A stretch of 55,853 nt of DNA from Minisyncoccia bacterium (GTDB taxonomy: Bacteria; Patescibacteriota; Minisyncoccia; Phycocordibacterales; DATGWK01). Location of the stretch: NCBI GenBank assembly GCA_038259265.1, contig JBBSOY010000003.1, positions 1-55,853 on the forward strand. The letters run 5' to 3'. The first letter of the stretch is position 1. The number at the start of each line of letters is the position of its first letter. Below, one piece after another: positions 1 through 10,462 of this stretch. The translations under genes and the position numbers were made by a program. Below the pieces are notes generated by a model that was not told the origin of the DNA, ran no database searches, and saw nothing but the letters and a program-made list of their open reading frames with translations.

Positions 1-78
1 GGGCAGGATTTGAACCTGCGTAGCCCATTGGGCGAGAGATTTACAGTCTCTTGCAATTGACCGCTCTGCCACCTACGC
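1..78 (-). tRNA. tRNA-Tyr(GTA), 3' end cut off by the window edge
   Basis: Reverse complement reads GCGTAGG TGGCAGAGCGGTCAATTGC AAGAGA CT GTA AA TCTCT, then a long variable arm, then GCAGG TTCAAAT CCTGC. Confidence 0.93.
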
Positions 79-155
79 ATATACATTCGCTCATATACTG
101 ATGGTATATGGGCGCTGCCTCGCAATTGTATTTGAAAAACGGCTTATTATCAAGA

Positions 156-181
156 AAATACCCCTTTGTGAGGGATATTTT
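156..181 (-). terminator. probable intrinsic terminator after clpB
   Basis: Imperfect inverted repeat aaaatacccct-ttgtg-agggatatttt with A/T tails, about 30 nt past the clpB stop. Confidence 0.55.
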
Positions 182-209
182 CGCTACAATTTAGATTAAG
201 ACCAGAATC

Positions 210-2900
210 TTACTTCACCCCAACCTCCGACGGCATGATCGCCTCTTCGATCAGACTGCCCTTTCGGCCTTTTTTGACATCGAAAGTGAATTCATTGTTT
301 TTGACGTCGACAGTCACGACACCGCCTTTCAAAATGCCTTTTGAAATAATAAGCGATGCTACCTGATTCAAAATTTTATTCTGAATGAGGCGGCGAAGCG
401 GACGCGCACCGTACTGCGGATTGTAGCCTTCTTTAGACAGGAATTCGAGCGCGGCCGGAGTGACTTCAAGTGTAATTTCTTTCTGAGCAAGTCGCTCTTT
501 GACGAAATCAACCTGGATTTTGGCGATGTTTGAAATCGCATCCTGCTTCAACACATCGAAAATAATAATGTCGTCCAAACGATTCAAAAATTCGGGCTTG
601 AAATATTCCTTGAGCGCATTCATGAGGCGATTTTTGGTTTCTTCATACGTATCTTTGTCGGAAACTTCACCTGCAAAACCGATTTTTTGCATGCGGTCGA
701 TAAACTGAGCACCGATGTTTGAGGTCAAAACAATGACGGCGTTTTTGAAGTTGACGGTGCGACCTTTCGCATCTGTCAGACGACCGTTGTCCAAAACCTG
801 CAGCAGAATATTGAAGACTTCCGGATGGGCTTTTTCGATTTCGTCGAAAAGGATGACGGCGTACGGACGATGGCGAACCATTTCGGTGAGCGAACCGCCT
901 TCTTCGTAGCCGACATAGCCCGGAGGCGCACCGATGATTTTTGACACTGCATGTTTTTCCATAAATTCCGACATGTCGATGCGAATCAATGCCTTATCAT
1001 CGTCGAACATAAATTCAGCCAGCGCTTTAGTGAGCTCAGTTTTTCCAACCCCAGTCGGACCCATAAAGAGAAATGAACCGATCGGCCGATTGGGATCGGA
1101 AATGCCGGCACGAGAACGCTTGATAGTATCGGAAATAATCTGCACCGCCTGATCCTGCCCAACTATTCGTCGCTTCAAGAATTCTTCCATGCGGTTGAGC
1201 TTCTCGGCTTCGGCTTCGAGCATACGGTCGGTTGGCACGCCGGTCCAACGCGAAACGATTTCGGCAATATCAGACTCGTAAATTTCTTCTCGTAAAATAC
1301 TACGCGAGCTTTGGAGCTTGCGAAGCTTCTTGGTTTTTGTGTCAATCTCTTTCTCGAGCTCTGGAATTTTACCGTAGCGAATTTCCGCAACCTTCGCAAG
1401 ATCGATCCGCACCTCGGCACTGTCGGCTTCGTGACGCAGTCGTTCAATATCTTTTTTATGATTTTTTATATCAAGCACCGTTTCCTTTTCATTTTTCCAT
1501 TTGAGTTCAATTTCCGACGTCTGCTCTTTCAGATCGGCAATTTCTTTGTCGATGTCTTTCAAACGGGCCTTGGTTTTCGGACTCTTGGTAGTTTTTACTT
1601 CTTTCGAAAGCGCTTCTTTTTCAATCTCCAAGCGCATAATTTTAGAATGGGCTTCTTCCAGTACCGGCGGCATGTTTTCCAAAGAAATTCGGCGGAATGA
1701 TGCGGCTTCGTCGATCAAGTCGACGGCCTTGTCGGGCAAAAATCGGTCGGTGATGTATCGGCTGCTTAAATTGACGGCGGCGCGAATCGCATCGTCGGTA
1801 ATATGCACACCGTGGAACAGTTCGTATTTGTCTTTCAAACCGCGCAAAATGGCGATCGCGTCTTCGACAGACGGCTCATTTACAAAAACCGGCTGAAAGC
1901 GGCGGGTCAAAGCCGGATCTTTTTCAATATATTTTTGGTATTCCTTCAGAGTGGTCGCACCAATGGCCCGAAGCTCGCCGCGTGCGAGCGGCGGCTTCAA
2001 CATATTCGACGCATCGATCGAACCTTCCGCGGCACCAGCACCGACAATGGTATGAATTTCATCAATAAACAAAATCACCCGACCTTCGGAACGTTCGATT
2101 TCTTTAAGAATATTTTTGAGACGCTCTTCGAACTCGCCGCGATATTTTGTACCAGCTATAAGCAATCCGAGGTCGAGCGAGACAAGTTCTTTGCCTTTCA
2201 AAGATTCCGGCACATCGCCTTGTGAAATTTTAATGGCCAACCCTTCAGCAATTGCCGTTTTTCCAACACCGGCTTCGCCGATTAAAATCGGATTATTTTT
2301 TTTACGTCGCGACAAAATCTGAATGATGCGAGAAATTTCATTGTCACGACCGATGACCGGGTCAAGTTTATTTTCCTGCGCAAGCTTGGTGAGGCTGCGG
2401 GTGTATTTTAAAATTGATTTCGGTTTTTTTGGCTGCGACGGTCCTTCGGTCTTCGTCTGTTTGAGTTCCTCCAACACTTTCAAAACTTTTTCCTGGGTAA
2501 TTTTAAATTTAGACAAAAGTTCTCGCGCCGCACCCTGACCTTCGAGAATCGCCACGAACAAATGCTCGGTCGAAACAAACTCGTCTTGCAAGCTGGCAGC
2601 AATTTTCGAACTGTTTTCAATACTTTGCGCAAGTTCTGGCGTGAGGTAAATTTGGTATGACGGCGTGACGGTCGCGCCCGCTTCAGAATTCTCGATCGCT
2701 TCAAGAATCGAGTCGGTCAAAAGAATCGTATCGGTGTCGAGCTTTTCGACAATCGACGTAACCATGCTTTCCTCCTGCAAAATGAGCGCCGCGAGCAAAT
2801 GCATCGGGTTCACGTGGTTTTGGCCGCGCTCAATAGCAAGCTCGTGGGCTTTGCGAATGGCTTCTTTGGCTTTTGTGGTGAAGTGACTGAATGGGGGCAT
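210..2900 (-). CDS. clpB: ATP-dependent chaperone/disaggregase ClpB
   Basis: Clp N-domain, two AAA+ modules ([12 protein letters not shown] and [12 protein letters not shown]), GAR sensor and a long coiled-coil middle domain; 896 aa. Confidence 0.95.
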   Translation of the reverse strand: MPPFSHFTTKAKEAIRKAHELAIERGQNHVNPMHLLAALILQEESMVTSIVEKLDTDTILLTDSILEAIENSEAGATVTPSYQIYLTPELAQSIENSSKIAASLQDEFVSTEHLFVAILEGQGAARELLSKFKITQEKVLKVLEELKQTKTEGPSQPKKPKSILKYTRSLTKLAQENKLDPVIGRDNEISRIIQILSRRKKNNPILIGEAGVGKTAIAEGLAIKISQGDVPESLKGKELVSLDLGLLIAGTKYRGEFEERLKNILKEIERSEGRVILFIDEIHTIVGAGAAEGSIDASNMLKPPLARGELRAIGATTLKEYQKYIEKDPALTRRFQPVFVNEPSVEDAIAILRGLKDKYELFHGVHITDDAIRAAVNLSSRYITDRFLPDKAVDLIDEAASFRRISLENMPPVLEEAHSKIMRLEIEKEALSKEVKTTKSPKTKARLKDIDKEIADLKEQTSEIELKWKNEKETVLDIKNHKKDIERLRHEADSAEVRIDLAKVAEIRYGKIPELEKEIDTKTKKLRKLQSSRSILREEIYESDIAEIVSRWTGVPTDRMLEAEAEKLNRMEEFLKRRIVGQDQAVQIISDTIKRSRAGISDPNRPIGSFLFMGPTGVGKTELTKALAEFMFDDDKALIRIDMSEFMEKHAVSKIIGAPPGYVGYEEGGSLTEMVRHRPYAVILFDEIEKAHPEVFNILLQVLDNGRLTDAKGRTVNFKNAVIVLTSNIGAQFIDRMQKIGFAGEVSDKDTYEETKNRLMNALKEYFKPEFLNRLDDIIIFDVLKQDAISNIAKIQVDFVKERLAQKEITLEVTPAALEFLSKEGYNPQYGARPLRRLIQNKILNQVASLIISKGILKGGVVTVDVKNNEFTFDVKKGRKGSLIEEAIMPSEVGVK

Positions 2901-2923
2901 AGGTTAGTTTTATATTAGAATTT

Positions 2924-3790
2924 TTAAATGGTGACGGAATCGAAATACGTGGGATTCTCGCGTTTAATTTCGTTAATGGCAGTATAAAGGGTTTCGATAT
3001 TTTGTGTAGCAGTATAATTTTCAAAACCGACAAGCAGGCCGCTAAGGTTAAGGAGAATTGAACCAGGAGCACTGTCTCGAAGTGGCGTATCGGTTTCCAA
3101 AGAAACGACGCTGGATGAAGTGGTGCTTGCATTTTCGGCACCATTCCGAGCATCAGCAAGATTCACAGAGCTCAACCGGCCAATCGTCACTGCTTCTTTA
3201 TCTTTTCCACCCATTGCGATAACTGTTTGACCAAGCTGCTGCGCATCTGAATTACCAAGTGTTGCGGGAACATAGGTTCGGGAAGCGGCGGATTCAGAAG
3301 GGACCAAAAAGACAGCATTTGTTTTTTCGCTTGTTTCTGCAACTTTCATCGGCACGGACTCACCCCCAGAAAAGAAAACGGCACTGTATGAATTTTCAGA
3401 ATCGTCGCGGATTACCCGTTTGTCGGCCAGTATTGTGCCATTGCTTTTCACCACCACACCAACACTTTCAAATTCCGGATCGCCTCTGGAAGAATTTTTA
3501 TAAATACGAACCAAACTGCTGCGGCTTTTGCTGATTGCGTCGATAACGAGCTCTTCTTCCTTGACCACCACGGTGACTTCTCGCGTCACAATGCCGGGCT
3601 TTGAATCTTTTTCGGTCGGCTGCGGCGTAATGGTTTCAACCGTTCGTTCCACCACTCTATTGATAGTCTGCGTAACAGTCTGCGGTGCTTCTTGGAGCAA
3701 GGAAACAGTAATAATTCCCGTACCGATCGAGGTAACGAAACTTGTGAGCAAACAAAGCAGGACGATTTGGGATTGAGTGAGGTTCTCCAT
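2924..3790 (-). CDS. membrane-anchored trypsin-like (S1C/HtrA-like) domain protein, catalytic residues apparently lost
   Basis: N-terminal TM helix. HtrA-like segments GVVVKSNGTILAD, LGNSDAQQLGQTVIAMG and GSILLNLSGLLVG. No PDZ domain. Start placed at ATG 3790 (MENLTQ). Confidence 0.75.
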   Translation of the reverse strand: MENLTQSQIVLLCLLTSFVTSIGTGIITVSLLQEAPQTVTQTINRVVERTVETITPQPTEKDSKPGIVTREVTVVVKEEELVIDAISKSRSSLVRIYKNSSRGDPEFESVGVVVKSNGTILADKRVIRDDSENSYSAVFFSGGESVPMKVAETSEKTNAVFLVPSESAASRTYVPATLGNSDAQQLGQTVIAMGGKDKEAVTIGRLSSVNLADARNGAENASTTSSSVVSLETDTPLRDSAPGSILLNLSGLLVGFENYTATQNIETLYTAINEIKRENPTYFDSVTI

Positions 3791-3872
3791 TGCCGTAATA
3801 ATAAAACAAGTTTCCCCCTTTGGCAAAAGATTTTTAAAAACGTATACTTATATCACTTTCACGATACTCATA

Positions 3873-4367
3873 ATGACCTCTACAATCTCAAATCAAAGCC
3901 TTTTTTTACTTTTCGGCACCCTGGCTGTGCTTGTACTTTTGAATATTTTTGGGCTTATTTTTTTACATTTTAAAATTAAAAAATTGCTCGGCGGAACGTC
4001 GGCTTCAAGCATCGAGGATAGTCTGGTGCTCATCCGCACAGAGCAAGAAAAAATGGCGGCATTCAAAAAGGAGGTCAACCGCTATCTCGAAACTGTCGAA
4101 ACCCGCGTTCGCCGCAGCATTCAAAACGTCGAAACAATTCGCTTCAACCCGTTCAAAGGCACGGGCGACGGTGGAAATCAGAGTTTTTCTACAGCTTTTG
4201 TTTCAGAAAATGGTGACGGTGTGGTCGTTTCGGGCCTCTACAGTCGCGATCGCGTCAGCATTTTTAGCAAACCAATTAAAAAATTCGAGGCCGAATACGA
4301 ACTTACCCAAGAAGAACACGATGTTTTAAAAGAATCAGAGAAAAAACTCTCAAACAGGGCAAAATAG
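3873..4367 (+). CDS. DUF4446-family protein
   Basis: TM helix, coiled coil and the RFNPF..GGNQSFS..GDGVVVS.LYSR..FSKPI motif. Start placed at ATG 3873. Confidence 0.8.
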   Translation: MTSTISNQSLFLLFGTLAVLVLLNIFGLIFLHFKIKKLLGGTSASSIEDSLVLIRTEQEKMAAFKKEVNRYLETVETRVRRSIQNVETIRFNPFKGTGDGGNQSFSTAFVSENGDGVVVSGLYSRDRVSIFSKPIKKFEAEYELTQEEHDVLKESEKKLSNRAK

Positions 4368-4420
4368 CGTGTCAGTATACTGTTGGCCTCGACTAGGTTA
4401 TATTGAGGCTACGTAAAATT

Positions 4421-6043
4421 ATGTCGAAAAAAGACCTCATACAAAAAAATAGCGCAGGTGTAGCACCAGGCAGTGCAACGAACACGCCGGCACAACCCCA
4501 CACCGAGCGGCCGCCTGTCGTGGTGGTCATGGGTCACATCGACCATGGCAAGTCTACCCTGCTCGACTATATTCGAAAGACAAAAGTCGTGGACGGCGAA
4601 GCGGGTGGCATTACCCAGCATGTTTCGGCATATGAAATTGAGTACGACGCTTCAGAACAAGCTGGCGCAACAGGCGAACACACTTCGCCAAGCGACCACA
4701 AAAAGCGTCGAGTAACTTTTCTTGATACACCGGGCCACGAAGCCTTTCAAACCCTTCGGTCGCGCAGCACCCAGGTTGCCGATGCGGCAATTCTTGTCGT
4801 ATCAGTCGACGACGGTGTAAAGCCGCAAACACTCGAAGCGCTTTCAATAATTAAAGAACAAAATATTCCTTTTGTGGTGGCTATCAATAAAATCGACAAG
4901 CCCAACACTGATATCGAAAAGACGAAGCTCAGTCTCGCAGAAAAAGAAATATACGTTGAAGGATATGGAGGCACTGTTTCTTGCGTACCCATTTCCGCAA
5001 AAACAGGCGAAGGCATCAAAGAACTTTTGGAAGTGGTTTTTTTGGCCACAGATCTTCAAGAATTGACCGGCGATCCGTCGGCCCAAGCGCAGGGCATCAT
5101 CATCGAAAGCCAGCTTGATTCGCGCAAAGGCGTGAGCGCAACGATCATCATCAAAGACGGCACGCTGCGCGTCGGCCAGTTTATTGCCGCCGGCTGCAGC
5201 CAAGCACCTGTTCGAGCGATCCAAAACGACCTTGGTGAAAAATTAGATGTAGCGACGTTTTCGGCGCCGGTCACCGTGGTCGGCTGGAGCGAACTCGTGC
5301 CGGCCGGCGCCGAATTCAATACCTTCAATACCAAAGAAGAGGCGCTCGCTTCATGCCAGGCGTATAAGGCCAGCGAGGCAGCCGCGGCAGCTGCAAAAAA
5401 CAGCGGTGGCCGGACGGAATTCATTCCCCCATCTGAAATCCCAATGATTCCCGTCATCATCAAAGCCGACACTCTTGGCAGTCTCGAAGCTATCATGTTT
5501 GAACTCAAAAAAATCGGCAATGAGCGCATTGGTATGAAAATCATTGCTCAAGGTATTGGCACAATCGGCGAAAGCGATGTGAAGGGTGCAAACACAAGCA
5601 ACAAAGCTTTCATTTTTGGCTTCAATGTAAAAATCGACAATGCTGCAAAAATCCTGGCCGAACGTGATTCAGTGTCAATCGAACTTTTTTCCATAATTTA
5701 CAAACTCAAAGAACGAATCGAAGCCCTTCTTCTTGAACAAACGCCGAAAATGATGGTGGAAGAAATCACTGGCAGCGCCAAAATCCTCCGCACATTCAGC
5801 CGCCAGAAAGACCGCCAGATCATCGGCGCCCGGCTCGAAGAAGGCTCTATTTCTGTAGGCGAAACTGTCAAAATCATCCGCCGTGAAGTTGAAATCGGTC
5901 TGGGCCGGGTCAAAGGCATGCAGCAAGCCAAAAAAGACGTCAGCGAGGTCAAAGCCGGTCTCGAATTTGGCTCACTTGTCGAATCAAAGTTTGAAATTGC
6001 TGTGGGCGACGTCCTCCGTGCTTTCAAAACCGTCGAAAAATAA
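4421..6043 (+). CDS. infB: translation initiation factor IF-2 (short form)
   Basis: RPPVVVVMGHIDHGKST, GGITQH, DTPGH and NKID motifs; IF2 C-terminal domains present; N-terminal domain absent. Confidence 0.97.
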   Translation: MSKKDLIQKNSAGVAPGSATNTPAQPHTERPPVVVVMGHIDHGKSTLLDYIRKTKVVDGEAGGITQHVSAYEIEYDASEQAGATGEHTSPSDHKKRRVTFLDTPGHEAFQTLRSRSTQVADAAILVVSVDDGVKPQTLEALSIIKEQNIPFVVAINKIDKPNTDIEKTKLSLAEKEIYVEGYGGTVSCVPISAKTGEGIKELLEVVFLATDLQELTGDPSAQAQGIIIESQLDSRKGVSATIIIKDGTLRVGQFIAAGCSQAPVRAIQNDLGEKLDVATFSAPVTVVGWSELVPAGAEFNTFNTKEEALASCQAYKASEAAAAAAKNSGGRTEFIPPSEIPMIPVIIKADTLGSLEAIMFELKKIGNERIGMKIIAQGIGTIGESDVKGANTSNKAFIFGFNVKIDNAAKILAERDSVSIELFSIIYKLKERIEALLLEQTPKMMVEEITGSAKILRTFSRQKDRQIIGARLEEGSISVGETVKIIRREVEIGLGRVKGMQQAKKDVSEVKAGLEFGSLVESKFEIAVGDVLRAFKTVEK

Positions 6044-6098
6044 CATTCAATACTATTATTGCGTCAACCATCGGCGCATTTCTAATCTCAATTTTCAC

Positions 6099-6509
6099 AT
6101 GTCCATTCGCCAAGAAAAAATTCAATCTCTACTCGCCCGCCATGTTGGCGAATTTTTAAGCCATGAAGCCGGTTCAATGTCGCTCATCACAGTCACTCGG
6201 GTCATTTTTAATGAAAAAACTAAAAAAGCCGATGTCTTTATTACGGTTTTGCCAGAAACCCAAGAAAAAACAGCACTCGCTTTCGCAAAACGAAAAAGCT
6301 CTGACCTTCGCGAATATGTCAAAGAAAAAGCCAATATGGGCGTCTTGCCAGTCTTTAGTTTTGTCATCGACATCGGCGAAAAGAACCGCCAGATGGTCGA
6401 CGCTATTTCAGCACAAGACGCTCTCCGGGCCGAAGCCAAAGAAGCAAGCACTTCCGATACCCAGTCTGGAGCCTTCTCTGACCTACGCTCTGACGATTCT
6501 CAAGCTTAG
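6099..6509 (+). CDS. rbfA: ribosome-binding factor A
   Basis: Follows infB; ITVTRV..ADVFIT..P.FSF..D KH-type pattern. Start placed at ATG 6099. Confidence 0.85.
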   Translation: MSIRQEKIQSLLARHVGEFLSHEAGSMSLITVTRVIFNEKTKKADVFITVLPETQEKTALAFAKRKSSDLREYVKEKANMGVLPVFSFVIDIGEKNRQMVDAISAQDALRAEAKEASTSDTQSGAFSDLRSDDSQA

Positions 6510-6533
6510 TTTTTTATTGTATATTTAGCCCAC

Positions 6534-6605
6534 GGCCGCGTAGAAAAGTGGGAATTCGGAAGTTTGCAAAACTTCTATGAGCAGGTTCGATTCCTGTCGC
6601 GGCCT
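6534..6605 (+). tRNA. tRNA-Cys(GCA)
   Basis: GGCCGCG acceptor stem, GAAGT-TT GCA AA-ACTTC anticodon arm, GCAGG TTCGATT CCTGT T-arm, U73. Confidence 0.93.
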
Positions 6606-6671
6606 CCGCAGATCAGATATTGAGAGCAATGGAGAAAATTTAATCATCTTAGCTTTATTTGACAAATGCAT

Positions 6672-6753
6672 GCCCGGGTGGCGTAATTGGTAGCCGCGAT
6701 CGACTTAAGATCGATTTCCGTAAGGAGTGCGAGTTCGAGTCTCGCCCTGGGCA
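6672..6753 (+). tRNA. tRNA-Leu(TAA)
   Basis: ATCGA-CT TAA GA-TCGAT anticodon arm, long variable arm, GCGAG TTCGAGT CTCGC T-arm. Confidence 0.95.
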
Positions 6754-6761
6754 CAACGAAG

Positions 6762-7474
6762 ATGCGTAAAAAATATACATTCCTTTAACCTTAGCCGTTA
6801 TCCTCACATTGATGGCTATTGTGGCAATTAATTTATACGTACCAAAATATGCAGAAAATGAAGTTGTGGGAAATGTAAACGATACCTATTCTCCAATCTC
6901 ACAAACCACCATACCGCAAGACATTGTGAACGAATCTGAATTTCCAGACCATAACCTTCAAACCGGAAATAATATTTATAAAAACATACAGTATGGTTTT
7001 ACATTTGAATACCCAACCACATTGTCAATAGAAGAATGGAGCGAGAAAGATACAGGTATTCTGCATTTATACATATATGATTCCAAAAATGCCTATGGGT
7101 TTGAAGGTGGGACAATTGAACCAATCTCTATTAGTATCGAACCTGATAAATACAGGGGGCAGATCTTTGAATATTTGAAACTTAACTTATATGGTGAGAG
7201 TAACGATGACCATATCAAATTTATAAAAGGTACGACGACTATTGCACAAACTGTTGCATATATACTGAGTAACGAACACAGAATTGCAACTGGAGATGCT
7301 ATTTTTCCTTGGGAAGAAAAAGTATTTTTTGCGAATGGAAATGCTTTTATTCTAGACAACAAAGCGATTCTTGTGGGTGGATATAATAGATTAGACGAAA
7401 CTGATGCTGCTACAATAACCACGAGTATTAATAAAAGTTTTGAAACAATTACTAAGACCTTTTCCTTTATATAA
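6762..7474 (+). CDS. AT-rich exported/membrane-anchored hypothetical protein with a probable frameshift in the A6 tract at 6768-6773
   Basis: ORF 6809-7474 contains YKNIQYGFTFEYP, a motif typical of PsbP-like CPR exported proteins. Adding one A to the A6 run joins ATG 6762 to give MRKKIYIPLTLAVILTLMAIVAINLYV. Confidence 0.65.
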
Positions 7475-7536
7475 GAACCTTTCATAATTGAATATTCGTG
7501 GTATCATAATTTTTCAAGTAAGCAATGTATTGTATT

Positions 7537-7609
7537 CCGCCCTTAGCTCAGCTGGTAGAGCAGATCCCTCTTAAGGATAAGGTCGCAGGTTCGATCCCTG
7601 CAGGGCGGA
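7537..7609 (+). tRNA. tRNA-Lys(CTT)
   Basis: CCGCCCT/AGGGCGG acceptor stem, GCTC D-stem, CT CTT AA anticodon loop, GCAGG TTCGATC CCTGC T-arm. Confidence 0.95.
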
Positions 7610-7671
7610 CACGTGAAAAGGAGTGCGGCAAGTTTGAGAAGGGTTTGGGGTATGTGTAAGTAAGGTCACCT

Positions 7672-7756
7672 GCCGAGGTGGCGAAATTGGCAGACGCACT
7701 TGCCTTAGGAGCAAGCGGAGTAATCCATGGAGGTTCAAGTCCTCTCCTCGGCACCA
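7672..7756 (+). tRNA. tRNA-Leu(TAG)
   Basis: CTTGC-CT TAG GA-GCAAG anticodon arm, long variable arm, encoded CCA. Confidence 0.96.
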
Positions 7757-7799
7757 AAAAAGCACTAGAAACGACAAAAAATGGTTTGGAAATGATTGA

Positions 7800-7827
7800 T
7801 TGACATTTCCTAAAAAGCTGATACAAT
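7800..7827 (+). promoter_or_regulatory. sigma70-type promoter
   Basis: TTGACA-16 nt-TACAAT with extended -10 TG, upstream of ORF 7885. Confidence 0.65.
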
Positions 7828-7884
7828 CACTCGTAGAGTAAACAAACACAACGTTCTTTCACAACAACGCACAAACATCGTGCA

Positions 7885-9090
7885 ATGGAGACAGTCGTGA
7901 ATCAGGAGCTTCGAATTCTCTTGCAGTTCCTTCTCTGGATAATCGGAGGGGGTATCGGTATCATCCTCATTCTTTGGATCTGTGCCCAGTTCGACTTTTT
8001 CGTCACAGGCAATCCAACTGGCCAAGTCAAGGCGATTATGAAGAACGAGACCTTCGAAAGGGCCATCGGGAAAATTCCAGGACACATAGTTACAGAGCGT
8101 GGCCTAGTCATGCGTCTTCCCAAAGGAATGACAAGTGACCCGAATCTCAGTCTGATGAATCGTTTGCTGGGCATCTACTGGATTGGTATTGCGCCAATCT
8201 GCTCCGTCTTCGTCTATTACTTTGAATGGGAGAAGCTTCGGATTATTGCCGGTAGCGGCGAGAGAGAAACTCCGGACGGCAAAAAAATACCTGTTACAGA
8301 TAGTGAGGGTACTGTGGTCGTCCAACGAGGCGAACGAGTCGACTCGATGTTCTACAGATATCCCTACCCGATGACTGCCGTAGCTGCCGAAATCATAGGC
8401 AACTATATGTACGACATCTCTACACTTGCAACTATCGAGCTGGTGAACCTTGAGCAAGCCTTATTCATCGTCCTCCCGACAGGTTCATGGCTCACGGAAG
8501 CAAAAGCTGCAGTCCTTGCCGCTATCCGTTACTATGCGAGCAGTCGAACGGTAGATGAGCTACGACAGAACATGAAGAAGATGTCGACCGGCACAGCAAC
8601 GGCTGTACCTGGTGCAACAGCGACGTCCGATTTCGAAAAGGAAATCATCGACAGAGTGAATAAAGGAAAGCGAGGACTTATCGCACTTTACGGCGTTAAG
8701 CTCTCAGGCATCCAGCTCATCAAGATCACCTTGCATGATCCGAGCGAAGATAAGGCAATCACAAAAGCCACAACCGCCAAAGCAGTTGCGGAAGCCGAAG
8801 CTGAAGCGACAGTCGCTAAAGCAAAGGGTGCTGCCGAAACAGTGCGGATAGCCGCAGATGCTGATGCCTACAAAATCGACACGTTGGCGGCAGCGAACAC
8901 AGCCAGAGTAACCAGCGTACTTGGAGCTGCAGCGAAGATTCCAGGTGCTATTGGGGTGATTTTTGAGGAAGCCCGGCGTGACGGCATTGTTGGTTCGAAG
9001 GCTCAGACTCTGGTGATTGGCCAAGGCCAAGGCGTCATGGTTACGACACCCCCAGCGTTACCAGCTGCCCCAACCCAGACTGGTCCATAA
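7885..9090 (+). CDS. SPFH/band-7-like membrane protein
   Basis: N-terminal TM helix, a band-7-like middle (AVLAAIR..YGVKLSGIQLIKI) and an Ala/Glu-rich coiled coil AKAVAEAEAEATVAKAKGAAE..ADADA. Confidence 0.6.
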   Translation: METVVNQELRILLQFLLWIIGGGIGIILILWICAQFDFFVTGNPTGQVKAIMKNETFERAIGKIPGHIVTERGLVMRLPKGMTSDPNLSLMNRLLGIYWIGIAPICSVFVYYFEWEKLRIIAGSGERETPDGKKIPVTDSEGTVVVQRGERVDSMFYRYPYPMTAVAAEIIGNYMYDISTLATIELVNLEQALFIVLPTGSWLTEAKAAVLAAIRYYASSRTVDELRQNMKKMSTGTATAVPGATATSDFEKEIIDRVNKGKRGLIALYGVKLSGIQLIKITLHDPSEDKAITKATTAKAVAEAEAEATVAKAKGAAETVRIAADADAYKIDTLAAANTARVTSVLGAAAKIPGAIGVIFEEARRDGIVGSKAQTLVIGQGQGVMVTTPPALPAAPTQTGP

Positions 9091-9113
9091 CAACATCCTA
9101 GGAGACAAACCCC

Positions 9114-9142
9114 AACCCGGCCGAAAACGGCTGGGTTTTTTT
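9114..9142 (+). terminator. intrinsic terminator
   Basis: aacccggccg-aaaa-cggctgggtt followed by a T-tract. Confidence 0.85.
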
Positions 9143-9177
9143 ATACAAAATAAAACATACGTTTCCTTATTCACTAT

Positions 9178-9205
9178 TTGACAAAGCAATAAAATGTGCT
9201 ATTCT
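9178..9205 (+). promoter_or_regulatory. sigma70-type promoter
   Basis: TTGACA-16 nt-TATTCT with extended -10 TG; GGGAG precedes ATG 9245. Confidence 0.6.
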
Positions 9206-9244
9206 TTATATCAGAACGAACCTTACAAACAACGGGAGATTCAC

Positions 9245-10330
9245 ATGTGCATTCGTACTCGCTTAGCAGCGAAATGGATAAGTCTAGCCACTTGGAGTGG
9301 TTGGCAAAAGCCCGCGGCTTGGCACCTCAAATTTGGTGTGTGGCAGATGTCAAAGTGGGCACAATTCAATACCTGGAGAGTTGCAAGGAAAGCAACAACC
9401 CCTCCAAAACCAAAAAAGAAAGGCAGAAAAACGGCAGTTCCCGTTCGGACACGTTCCGTCTGGAAAACACCGCTTGAGGTGTGTGTTAGCGTCCTCGTTC
9501 TGTTTGGAGCATACCTGTGGTTTAGAACCCTCATAATCGCACCACAGACAGATGCCGACATTGAGGCATTCAACTGGTCACCCTACACACTCGGTGGCGG
9601 CCTCATCCTCTTGTTCATCATCGTTGCCTTAATACGAATGAACAAGGGAATGCCAAGCTTTCGGATGATTGGAGGCATTCCAGACAGGATCAAGAAACTG
9701 GAGTGGCTTTGGAAAATATTTCACGGCCGCTTCCTGTACATCTTCTACATCTTCGTGCCCTACTTCCTCATTGTCCATGCCCTCTTCCGAAACCATCTGC
9801 CTGGCTGGCATGCTTGGCTCTGGGTAGATGATAGAAAACTTTTCTGGACAATCCCATCGATAATTTGTATCGCGATTTGGGTCTTCACTTTCAAAAAGAT
9901 TGTACCAGGAATTTTTGCTGTAATCATGATGATCTTCCTTGCTGTAATTACAGTGAGGTCATTCGATCGATCTACCATGATGCAAGGTCATTACAGCAAA
10001 ATGGAACAGGAAAAGGGGGTTGAAGCCGCACACATATCAAAACCTCTTCTCATGTTTACCATCCGCATGTCTGCGTGGCCGGGAAAGTGGACACGGATCG
10101 AGCTCGGTGGCCGTGAAAATACGGATGCTCGAATTTTCCCGGAAGGTACCATCAAGGTACGAGCTACGGACACCAACGGTAATATTGAAACCGCTGATCT
10201 CGGTCCAATTGATCCCAATCACTACATACCCACCCTCTACAGGACACTTACTGGGTACGCCGAGGTTCTTGAAATCAAGGCGTCAGGAGTAGAGCCTGTT
10301 AAGGTCTGCATAAGGTTCTACAGAAGATAG
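9245..10330 (+). CDS. hypothetical multi-pass membrane protein
   Basis: Basic N-terminus, about 5 TM helices and a soluble C-terminal domain. Start moved to 9245 because it has an SD-like GGGAG and ATG 9194 lies inside the promoter. Confidence 0.7.
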   Translation: MCIRTRLAAKWISLATWSGWQKPAAWHLKFGVWQMSKWAQFNTWRVARKATTPPKPKKKGRKTAVPVRTRSVWKTPLEVCVSVLVLFGAYLWFRTLIIAPQTDADIEAFNWSPYTLGGGLILLFIIVALIRMNKGMPSFRMIGGIPDRIKKLEWLWKIFHGRFLYIFYIFVPYFLIVHALFRNHLPGWHAWLWVDDRKLFWTIPSIICIAIWVFTFKKIVPGIFAVIMMIFLAVITVRSFDRSTMMQGHYSKMEQEKGVEAAHISKPLLMFTIRMSAWPGKWTRIELGGRENTDARIFPEGTIKVRATDTNGNIETADLGPIDPNHYIPTLYRTLTGYAEVLEIKASGVEPVKVCIRFYRR

Positions 10331-10350
10331 TAACATCAGTAACCCCATCC

Positions 10351-10379
10351 CGGGAGCCAGAAATGGCTCCCGTTTTTTT
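10351..10379 (+). terminator. intrinsic terminator
   Basis: cgggagcca-gaaa-tggctcccg followed by a T-tract. Confidence 0.85.
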
Positions 10380-10399
10380 ATACAAAGCTTTTACAAAGC

Positions 10400-10424
10400 A
10401 AAAACCGCCAAAGGGGCGGTTTTT
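10400..10424 (-). terminator. terminator of the pilin array (bidirectional)
   Basis: aaaaaccgcc-aaagg-ggcggttttt. Confidence 0.75.
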
Positions 10425-10462
10425 GTCAGTAATTCAAACACTCAACCATTTCAAGATTTCAC

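Noticed and set aside
6534-10424. tRNA-integrated genomic island with att sites
   Set aside because: I found no duplicated tRNA 3' end, integrase or flanking direct repeat by eye.
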